Source: an uncultured Desulfobacter sp. (GTDB lineage: Bacteria > Desulfobacterota > Desulfobacteria > Desulfobacterales > Desulfobacteraceae). From it: 64,000 nt of DNA. Position numbers and translations under genes: made by a program. Where the stretch lies: assembly GCA_963665095.1 (NCBI GenBank), contig OY762069.1, positions 3,328,001 to 3,392,000 on the forward strand, written 5' to 3'. The notes below the pieces were generated by a model, which worked only from the letters and a program-made list of their open reading frames with translations, was not told the DNA's origin and ran no database searches. Below are positions 18,664 to 26,827 of this stretch, in pieces (position 1 is the first letter of the stretch; every line of letters starts with the position of its first letter).

Positions 18664-19519
18664 TAGCAGTATTTTCGCCGTCGTTTCTGAACACAAGTCT
18701 AAATTTAGGCAAGAATTTAACTTCCCCTTCGGAGCCTTTTTCGATTATTTCATCATATTTTTCAGGTCTCGACTCGACTTGAGTTAACTCTTCCTCATCA
18801 TAATCTGCCTTAGATGTGTCAAGCGGAACCCATCCCATGTCCTTTTCAATATCAGCCATAGAATATTTTCTCATATTGGATAACTGATTATTCATCAATG
18901 TCGGAAACACTTTTTCAAAAATTTTTCTTTTATCTGCCTCTTCAATGCAAAACGGAATAAACCATGGAATTGCTTGCTTTGGATGTAAATCATGAAACTT
19001 GGGGATGACCCACCGTTTTTCTCCATGTTTGTCTGTTCTTTTGAATGCGTACCTTTTCAATAAATATTCGGCGTCAATTAAGGTGCATCCAAAATCAGGA
19101 CTTGAGCAAGAAATTCCCTTTATATCTCCCAAAAATGAAAAATCTGGTGAAAAATTATAAAGGAGATAAAAAGGCTCACCTCCTTTAGATCTTGCATAAC
19201 TAATGAGGTCATTTATTTGATTACCATGTTCCATTTTTGGGTAAGTCTGACTTTTATAAACGATTTTTGATTGAATCGGAAAAAATAAAAATCCGTCTTT
19301 TGTTTGGACAAATAACTCAATATCATTCCCATTCGTTTTTTCATTCGTAGCTTCAAAAATAGATATCATTGATTTGGAACTATTACGATTGATCTCATAT
19401 ATTAAATTTTGGGTTATCGTAACTTCAAATATTTTCAATCCATATCGACTTCTCGAAAATTGAATTCTATCCCAAGTGTCTCTGGATAATTCTCGCAGTA
19501 ACCTGCACTGTTCTGCCAT
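18664..19519 (-). CDS. cassette 2: restriction-endonuclease-fold protein (DUF6615-like); native last codons displaced by the intron
   Basis: EVTITQNL...EKTNGNDIEL...QSK pattern; AAGGA RBS before ATG 19519; native end NKSAEPDREN* at 16721-16752. Confidence 0.6.
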
Positions 19520-19528
19520 ATTTTTCCT

Positions 19529-19586
19529 TGCTAACGTTGAATTCACCGGCGAGCTTCAGCGAGTCCGGTGCAATGACTGGTTAGCT
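19529..19586 (-). other. attC site (58 bp)
   Basis: AGCTAAC-CAGTC-ATTGCACC-GG...CC-GGTGAAT-TCAAC-GTTAGCA; R'' matches GTTAGCT at the attI junction. Confidence 0.9.
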
Positions 19587-20168
19587 TATTGTTTTTATAT
19601 ATTTTTTTGCTTTTTTCAGTTTCCATGTTTCATTAATTATAAAAATAAATAATCCTACATACAGGAACCTGATCACCACATTTTCAATCATGGTTAACTC
19701 TTTGCCATGAGAAAAAATATTTGGGTAGAAAAGTCCTATGATGCTTAATGTAACGGAAAATAGAAAATATATTCTAAAAAAATATTTCCATAATTTGTTG
19801 TCATTATCAAACAACTTGTCTGGAATAATCAAACCATTATATATTTTTATGTTTCGTTTATATGTTTTTACAACTTGTATTGTTTTTTTGGGAGTTGTGG
19901 AGTTTAAACATGCCTTCATTGTTTCGAAGTCAAAATTACAATTATAAAAAGCATTGAATTTTTCAAGGGAACTTAATTCTAGTATGGATTCTTTTTGATT
20001 TGACAGAGATGTTGGTAAATTGTTAACAATACTGTCAAGAATTTCAATATTTCTTTTTTTTCGTTCAATTTTTGTGTCAATGCGATTGACAAAAAATTTT
20101 AAATACCCCCAAATAGCAGCGATGCTGATACCTGCAGATTTTAGTATTTCAATTACTTGTTCGTTCAT
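19581..20168 (-). CDS. cassette 1: hypothetical membrane protein
   Basis: 195 aa, three hydrophobic segments, very AT-rich, stop within R''. Confidence 0.8.
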   Translation of the reverse strand: MNEQVIEILKSAGISIAAIWGYLKFFVNRIDTKIERKKRNIEILDSIVNNLPTSLSNQKESILELSSLEKFNAFYNCNFDFETMKACLNSTTPKKTIQVVKTYKRNIKIYNGLIIPDKLFDNDNKLWKYFFRIYFLFSVTLSIIGLFYPNIFSHGKELTMIENVVIRFLYVGLFIFIINETWKLKKAKKYIKTIS

Positions 20169-20179
20169 ATTTTTTGAAA

Positions 20180-20215
20180 AGCTAACAATATAATGTGTGG
20201 TTCTGTATATCCTTC
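20180..20215 (-). other. attI site (crossover G/TT at 20186-20184)
   Basis: GTTAGCT complementary to cassette-1 R'', no attC palindrome upstream, located between the first cassette and divergent intI. Confidence 0.7.
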
Positions 20216-20221
20216 AAATTA

Positions 20222-20251
20222 TTTATAATTTGACCGGATAGGCAAAGTCAA
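20222..20251 (-). promoter_or_regulatory. putative cassette promoter Pc
   Basis: minus strand TTGACT-N18-TATAAA pointing into attI. Confidence 0.5.
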
Positions 20252-20258
20252 GTATCAT
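20230..20258 (+). promoter_or_regulatory. putative integrase promoter Pint
   Basis: TTGACC-N17-TATCAT 50 nt upstream of the intI ATG. Confidence 0.55.
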
Positions 20259-20308
20259 TTACCTAACTGGATAACACCCGAACCTTAACGTTATCAAAGT
20301 TTGATATC

Positions 20309-21265
20309 ATGCTAAAAGTCCCACCAGCCCTAATCGCAAAATATGACCGGCTGCTGGTTAACAGCGAAGCGCAGCCAAAAGAATACCCTGCCTATCGAAA
20401 ATGGCTCAGGTACTATCTTGATTTTTGCAAAAAATATGATCATGAATATGCAGACTCCGAAAGCTTGTTGCTTTATATTGATAAGCTGAAATCAAAGAAG
20501 CAGAATTTGTTTCAGCAAAATCAGGCCCAAAAGGCAGTAAAGCTATACTATGCAGGACTGGAAAAACAAACACAAATCTTTGCCCATAACCATCCTGAGT
20601 CCATTCCCGAGATTCAAGAGGGGGCAAATCCTTTCTGCACAGGCAATGAAAACGATCTCTGGGATCGATCCATACAATTATTAAAAAATGAAATACTGGT
20701 CCGTCATTATTCAAAAAAGACCTTGAAATCTTATTCATTGTGGGCTGAAAAACTACGCTATTTTGTCAAAGGGAAAAAACCTGAAACTTTGAACGTTGAA
20801 GATGTGAAGGGTTTTCTGACATTCCTTGCTGTAAAGAAAAAGGTTTCAGCGTCTTCCCAAAACCAGGCGTTTAATGCTTTGTTATTTTATTTCAGGCATG
20901 TATTGAAAAAAGAATTCGGTAAGGTGGACGGGGTAGTCAGGGCCAAAAGGAGACCGTATGTGCCTGTGGTGCTGTCCAGGGAAGAGGTTGATCGGGTTAT
21001 TAACTGTCTGGAATACCCTATGATCTGGTAGTGAAGCTTTTGTACGGATGCGGTCTGCGTTTGGCGGAATGCATGAAGTTGAGAATAAAGGATTTTAATT
21101 TCGATCATAACCTGATCACCATCCACGATGGGAAAGGTAAAAAGGACAGGACCGTTCCAATACCGGAGACAGTCCGAGGGGAACTTGAACGGCAAATCAG
21201 TCATGTCGTTGATGTCCACGAGGATGATCTTAAAGAGGGGTTCTCTGGGGTTTTTATGCCCAATC
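20309..21265 (+). pseudogene. intI: integron integrase, 5' part (frameshift near 21018, then IS3 insertion)
   Basis: SASSQNQAFNALLFYF, PVVLSREEV, LLYGCGLR, DGKGKKDR; adding one T restores YPYDLVVKLLYG. Confidence 0.92.
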
Positions 21266-21446
21266 TGAAGTGGACCCCATGTCAAGACCGATTTTAACGT
21301 TTTTTAAGTGAGAATGATCACAAAAAATCATGGAAAAATTAAAGATAATTTGCAAGATATGCCAGGGATGAGGCAGAAGCTCCCCCGTTTATCTCGCAAA
21401 TAATCAATGGAACTTCTGCCCCTATTACCCTAACAGGGCAGGAGAT

Positions 21447-22022
21447 ATGCTATCAGAACTTATTAAAAACAAAAATCTTTTTTTCCATCTTTACGAAATC
21501 GATAAAAATACAGCAAAACAGTACAGACAGTTGCCTTGTCCGCATTGTGGAGGCCCCTTATATTTCAGCAATTACATGCGCAAGCCCCGGGGAGAGCCTG
21601 AGGGCGTGCCGGAGGAATTCTTTATTCAGTTCAGCCTATGTTGTGGAACCGAAGGGTGTCGCAAAAGATTGATGCCGCCGTCCTGCCGTTTTCTGGGGAG
21701 AAAAGTCTACTGGTTTGCAGTTATTCTGTGTGTTTTAACAGACTGGCAAAATACCAATGAAAAAATCACCGTTTATGATTTGTCCATACGAACTGGCATT
21801 AGCCGGAACACAATAAACCGCTGGCTTGCCTTTTTTCAGGATACATTTCCAGTGAGCCGAACCTGGCGAAGGCTTCGGGGGCAGATATCCGCTGGTGTCA
21901 GTAACAGCCGTCTGCCGTCAAGTTTCATCAATTATTGCCGGGCGGTGAAATCCAACGCCGAAAACGCACTTGTATCAAGCCTGATAATCTTATCAGGCGG
22001 GTCCAAAATCAGGGCCGGATAA
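21447..22022 (+). CDS. zinc-finger + HTH protein of transposon B
   Basis: CPHC...CCGTEGC; GISRNTINRW HTH-like segment; AGGAG RBS. Confidence 0.75.
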   Translation: MLSELIKNKNLFFHLYEIDKNTAKQYRQLPCPHCGGPLYFSNYMRKPRGEPEGVPEEFFIQFSLCCGTEGCRKRLMPPSCRFLGRKVYWFAVILCVLTDWQNTNEKITVYDLSIRTGISRNTINRWLAFFQDTFPVSRTWRRLRGQISAGVSNSRLPSSFINYCRAVKSNAENALVSSLIILSGGSKIRAG

Positions 22023-22128
22023 TCTCGCGCAGAGGATGAACATAGACAAATATATGCAGGCTGTTTTACCACCTGATTTCAGACGTTGATCCGAAATTTT
22101 AACCTGAAATTAAAAAGGAGCCTGATTT

Positions 22129-23574
22129 ATGAGTGGTAAAACACAGCACCCGGCAGACCTGTGGGCATTATTTCGCTTTTCGGTTATCGGCGGTTTACTG
22201 GCACGCCCTCCGGCAAAGGGAGAGTTGCAAAATGAACTGACCCGGCTCGCAGGTCAAATCTATTCTCATCCTGTGACGAACAAACCGACCTGTTTTCATT
22301 TTTCCACAATTGAGGCCTGGTATTACAGGGCAAAAAATTGCCAGGACCCAATTCTGGCTCTGGGCCGTAAAGTTCGTTCAGATATGGGCAAATCCACAGC
22401 ATTGAATGCTGAATTGATCCGCCTTCTTGGTGTCCAGTACAACACTTATCCGCAATGGAGCTATCAGCTTCATTGCGACAACCTGGCAGCTGAAATCGCT
22501 GAACAGGGCCTGTGTGAGAATCCGCCGTCCTATGCAAGTGTGAGAAGGCGTATGGTTGAACGGGGTTGGAGAAAAAAGGCTTCCAAGAACAAAAATCAAA
22601 CATCCGGACAGAAATCAGCTTTTAAGCGATTAGAAACGTATGAAGTCCGTAGTTATGAAACCGAAAACATCCATGAATTATGGCATCTGGACTTTCACGA
22701 ATGCAGCAGGCGCGTGGTGGACGAAAAAGGTCAGTGGCATACGCCCAAGGCATTGTGCATTCTTGATGATCGCTCCCGTCTGTGTTGTCATATTCAATGG
22801 TATTTGAATGAAACGGCAGAGGTTTTGATCCACGGCTTGTCCCAGGCGTTTTACAAAAGAGGGCTTCCCAGAGCCTTGATGACAGATAATGGTTCTGCCA
22901 TGATTGCTCATGAAACCGGCAACGGACTTAAACGATTGGGCGTCAGTCATGAGACCACGTTGCCATACTCGCCCTATCAAAATGGGAAGCAGGAAGCCTT
23001 TTGGGGTACACTTGAAGGCCGTTTGATCGCCATGCTGAGCCGGATGGATTCTTTGACCCTGGTATATTTAAATCAGGTCTCCCAGGCCTGGATCGAGATG
23101 GAATACAACAAGTCAACCCATGATGAAATTCATATGTCGCCATTGCAATGCGCCCTTGACGGCAAGGATGTGTCACGTCCTGCACCGGAACCTGAACAGC
23201 TTCAATTTTCGTTTACAGCCTGTGAATCCAGAAAACAGCGTCTGTCCGATGGTACCATCTCTTTGATGGGCATCCGGTTTGAAATCCCTTCACGGTTTAA
23301 TCATATCCAGCGTCTTCATGTCTGTTTTTGCTCCTGGGATAAATCGGTTGCCTGGCTGATAGATAAACGAACCGGAAATAAGCTTGCCGCAATTTATCCC
23401 CAGGACAAGACAAAGAATGCTTCAGCAATCCGTCGTATCAAATCCACTCCGGATGAAATTAACCCTGGCCATGAAACCCTGTCCGGATCAGAACCGGCCC
23501 TGCTTAAAAAGCTCTTGTCCGATTATGCAGCAACCGGAATGCCTTGTGCCTACTTGCCAATGGAGGAAAAGTGA
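22129..23574 (+). CDS. DDE (rve) transposase, IS481/Mu-like
   Basis: LWHLDFH, DDRSR, MTDNGSAM, QNGKQEAFW. Confidence 0.9.
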   Translation: MSGKTQHPADLWALFRFSVIGGLLARPPAKGELQNELTRLAGQIYSHPVTNKPTCFHFSTIEAWYYRAKNCQDPILALGRKVRSDMGKSTALNAELIRLLGVQYNTYPQWSYQLHCDNLAAEIAEQGLCENPPSYASVRRRMVERGWRKKASKNKNQTSGQKSAFKRLETYEVRSYETENIHELWHLDFHECSRRVVDEKGQWHTPKALCILDDRSRLCCHIQWYLNETAEVLIHGLSQAFYKRGLPRALMTDNGSAMIAHETGNGLKRLGVSHETTLPYSPYQNGKQEAFWGTLEGRLIAMLSRMDSLTLVYLNQVSQAWIEMEYNKSTHDEIHMSPLQCALDGKDVSRPAPEPEQLQFSFTACESRKQRLSDGTISLMGIRFEIPSRFNHIQRLHVCFCSWDKSVAWLIDKRTGNKLAAIYPQDKTKNASAIRRIKSTPDEINPGHETLSGSEPALLKKLLSDYAATGMPCAYLPMEEK

Positions 23575-24398
23575 TGAACAGCAAACGATTATTGGCTTAT
23601 TATGGATTGAAGTACAATCCTTTTTTACCAAATATTCCTGTGGACTCATTATGGCATCCACCCCGGATGGAGGCATTTATTACACGCCTTGAAAATATGA
23701 CCATGAACGGTGGATTTGCATTAATCGCCGGTGAACCCGGTCTTGGCAAATCCAAGACACTACAGGCGATTGCCCATCAGCTTGGCAAGCTTGATGAAGT
23801 CGTTGTCGGCGTTATGGAGCGCCCCCAAAGCAGCGTGGCCGATTTCTATCGGGAAATGGGGACACTGTTTGGTGTCAATTTGAGTCCGGCCAACCGTTAC
23901 GGAGGGTTCAAAGATCTGCGGCAACGATGGAAAAATCATATTAAAACAACCCTGTTCAGACCCGTCCTGCTCATTGATGAGGCTCAGGAAATGCTTACCG
24001 GATGCCTGAATGAGCTTCGGTTGCTCAACAGTATGGATTTTGACTCCCAGAATTTATTGACCACCATTATCTGTGGTGATACCCGGCTGCCGGAACGGTT
24101 CAGAACCAGTGCATTGGTAGCCCTGGGGAGTCGACTCCGGTTCCGGTTAAAATTGGATCCTTATACCCGGGAAGAATTGTTGGATTATATAGCGCATTGC
24201 CTAAATCAGGCCGGAGCTCCTCAACTCATGACAAAACCTTTAATCACCGCTTTGGTAGAGCACTGTACAGGAAACTTACGGGTCCTCAATAATATGTCGG
24301 CAGAACTGCTTGAAGTGGGCGTTCAAAGAGAGCTGCCGCAACTGGATGAGAAACTTTTCATAGAGCTTTTTTCACTGAAACCGTCGCCAACCAGATAA
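23574..24398 (+). CDS. ExeA/TniB-like AAA ATPase
   Basis: GEPGLGKS, LLIDEAQ; start MNSKR after GGAGG. Confidence 0.88.
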   Translation: MNSKRLLAYYGLKYNPFLPNIPVDSLWHPPRMEAFITRLENMTMNGGFALIAGEPGLGKSKTLQAIAHQLGKLDEVVVGVMERPQSSVADFYREMGTLFGVNLSPANRYGGFKDLRQRWKNHIKTTLFRPVLLIDEAQEMLTGCLNELRLLNSMDFDSQNLLTTIICGDTRLPERFRTSALVALGSRLRFRLKLDPYTREELLDYIAHCLNQAGAPQLMTKPLITALVEHCTGNLRVLNNMSAELLEVGVQRELPQLDEKLFIELFSLKPSPTR

Positions 24399-24409
24399 GA
24401 GGTATAAAA

Positions 24410-24652
24410 ATGACAATCAATGAAACACAACTTGAAAAAACAATGGCTGAAATTGTCGACGAGCTGGGCAATCTGGTCATGGAGTTGATCCTTGTCAGTT
24501 TAAAAAAAATAAACTCGGAAAATCATCTTTTGACAGAATTGCTGGAGATCAAACAAGAGGAACAAAGAGAAAATGAATTTTATGGTTTTGGTGAAACGGA
24601 GCCGGGACATCCTGGGGAGGAAACCCGGCAAGGGATAGCCAAAAGCAGGTAG
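24410..24652 (+). CDS. small hypothetical protein (80 aa) overlapping the structured element
   Basis: AGAGGT RBS, 11 nt after ATPase stop. Confidence 0.5.
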   Translation: MTINETQLEKTMAEIVDELGNLVMELILVSLKKINSENHLLTELLEIKQEEQRENEFYGFGETEPGHPGEETRQGIAKSR

Positions 24653-24770
24653 CATTGAATAATGCGCCGGGGGAAGCGGGGTTGACCTGCTTCCCCTTTC
24701 TGTATTATTCAAGCTTTCCTGCTCATGCCTTAAAAAACCCAATAAAATCAGTCGGAGCGCAGCGACATCT
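24586..24770 (+). ncRNA. putative structured RNA at 3' end of transposon B
   Basis: homolog of 9934-10111 with covarying stems. Confidence 0.55.
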
Positions 24771-25145
24771 GCTAATCATTGAAAATACAGTTATGCCTTT
24801 CCCTGATTTATCCTGATTGTCGCTCCATTGATTATCGTGCTTCCTCTCATTTAAGCTACATTTTCTCTGTTTCTAATTTCGAATCAGCCTGTTAAAGACC
24901 CTCTTTTCCGGCATATTTTTCTTGATATTTAATACCGCTATGTTATCCTCCCGCCGCCAACCCGGAGGATAGGGCAATGCTGGGAAGCAACCTGAGCGCC
25001 GTGGCTGGCGACGAAGACATGGGGGCAGTATACGTTTAATGTATGCTGTCCTTCCCCCATGTTTTTGTCCTTAATGCGTTAAATCCTCGCGCCTTAGCGC
25101 GAAATCAATACCCCGTAGGGCCGCCGGAGGCATCAGGCCTTTCCT

Positions 25146-25952
25146 TTAAGCCGCTCGATAGACCGAAAACGGCACCTTATACCCCAGGGCTGAATGAAGT
25201 CTCTCCCGATTATAAAACCCGATAAACGCTTTTAACGATTGCTGAGCCTCTCTTACCGTTCTGTAGTCCTTCAAATAGACTTCTTCGTATTTAATCGTTC
25301 TCCACAGCCGTTCCACAAAAACGTTGTCCAAGGCTCTGCCCTTTGAATCCATGCTGATTTTGATGTTTTTAGCCTGGAGTATCTTCAAAAATTTTAATGA
25401 AGTGAACTGACTACCCTGGTCAGTGTTGAAAATCTCAGGTGTCGATACAATCAATGCCTCCTCAAGGGCCTCAATACAAAATGTATTCTCAAGGGTGTTA
25501 CTGAGGCGCCATGAAAGGACATATCTGCTAAACCAATCCATAACCGCCGATAAGTACATAAATCCGTTTCCAATTCTAATGTATGTGATATCTGTACTCC
25601 ATACCTGATCTGGCCTGTCAATTACGGCATTTTTCAGCAAATAGGGGTAAACTTTATGGCTTTCATCCCTCCTTGTTGTTTTAGGTCCTGGGTAAATCGC
25701 TTCTATTCTCATCAGCTTCATCAGGCGCTGTACTCGTTTCCTGCTTACCGGATACCCCATATTGTTCAGCCAGGCTGTAAGCCTACGGCTTCCATAAAAG
25801 GGGGTTTTGGTATGCTGCTCATCAAGCAGATCCATAAGGGTTAATGTATACGGGCTTATGGCTACCGGCCTGTAATACAACGCCCCTTTTGAAACCTGAA
25901 GCAGTTCACACTGCCGGTTAATGCTGATGGAAGGATGTTGTTTATCTATCAA
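25146..25952 (-). CDS. IS3 transposase OrfB
   Basis: FYGSRRL, VWSTDITY, FNTDQGSQFTS, DNVFVERLWRTIKYE. Confidence 0.93.
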   Translation of the reverse strand: MIDKQHPSISINRQCELLQVSKGALYYRPVAISPYTLTLMDLLDEQHTKTPFYGSRRLTAWLNNMGYPVSRKRVQRLMKLMRIEAIYPGPKTTRRDESHKVYPYLLKNAVIDRPDQVWSTDITYIRIGNGFMYLSAVMDWFSRYVLSWRLSNTLENTFCIEALEEALIVSTPEIFNTDQGSQFTSLKFLKILQAKNIKISMDSKGRALDNVFVERLWRTIKYEEVYLKDYRTVREAQQSLKAFIGFYNRERLHSALGYKVPFSVYRAA

Positions 25953-25962
25953 CCCCCTTCTG

Positions 25963-26247
25963 TCAGAGATTGATTGTATTAACCTTTTTTTTTAACCAGT
26001 CATTCTCAACTTCGAGCTGACCGATTTTCTTATATAATTCGTCTATTAGATTCTGAGTATCATTTGGGCTTTTCTTTTTCGCTGATGAAAACAACGTCGG
26101 AAGACCCTCTATCGCTTCTTTCTTCCATCTGTTTAACATAGTTCGATGAACCTGGTATTTGGATGACAACTCCGCAAGAGTTTCATTTTCTCGAATCACA
26201 TCAACTACAACTTTAGCTTTGAACTTTCCGGTATAATTTTTTCTCAT
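25963..26247 (-). CDS. IS3 transposase OrfA
   Basis: FKAKVV...WKK...[28 protein letters not shown]9 run at 25985-25993. Confidence 0.9.
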   Translation of the reverse strand: MRKNYTGKFKAKVVVDVIRENETLAELSSKYQVHRTMLNRWKKEAIEGLPTLFSSAKKKSPNDTQNLIDELYKKIGQLEVENDWLKKKVNTINL

Positions 26248-26339
26248 GGACCTCCTTTTTCGGTACAAATTTGAACCGGGTTTTTATCACCTCATATGTA
26301 CCTTAGCAACTGGTTCAAATTTCGGGGTCCATTATAATC

Positions 26340-26689
26340 GCCTTGAGGTGAAATATAAAAATGCGCCCAGAGAATTAACCTGGCAATGGTTTTTTCCTGC
26401 AAAAGAGCTGACTTTTGTGGCGGATTCCAACGAATACCGCAGATATCATCTTCATGAAACCCATGTTCAGAAGGCTATAAAAAGAGCAGTCAGGAAATCA
26501 AAAATCATTAAGCGGGCAACAGCCCATACCTTCCGGCATAGTTTTGCAAGTCATCTGCTCCAGGCAAATTACGATATCAGAACGATTCAAGAACTTTTAG
26601 GGCATAGTGACGTTAGAACGACCATGATTTATACACACACAGTAAAATCAAAAACATTGAAAGAAATCAAAAGCCCATTGGATCTCTGA
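26340..26689 (+). pseudogene. intI: integron integrase, 3' part
   Basis: IntI-specific insert [17 protein letters not shown]...[33 protein letters not shown]. Confidence 0.93.
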
Positions 26690-26827
26690 AACGCATTCAA
26701 TTCTTGAAAAAAAGCAATCTAACGGCAAGCACTAATGGTATTGATGAACGCTTTTTTCGAAATTTTCAAGACACCATATATTGTGTCTGTTTTTGAACGC
26801 CTATAATAAATTTAATTTGGAGATTAA

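Larger units (their letters stand above)
21309..24849 (+). mobile_element. transposon B: Zn-finger/HTH + DDE transposase + AAA ATPase + small ORF (3541 bp)
   Basis: TGAGA...TCTCA ends (tgagaatgatcacaaaaaatcatgga vs tgagaggaagcacgataatcaatgga); 6-bp duplication TTTAAG (21303-21308, 24850-24855). Confidence 0.85.
21266..26336 (-). mobile_element. IS3-family element (~1.5 kb net) inserted in intI, containing nested transposon B
   Basis: ends tgaagtggacccc / ggggtccattata; 3-bp duplication ATC (21263-21265, 26337-26339); removal restores FMPN-RLEVKY. Confidence 0.88.

Noticed and set aside
26246..26339. ORF-track N-terminus MDLLFRYKF… on the intI 3' fragment
   Set aside because: Derived from the IS3 end; chimeric artefact
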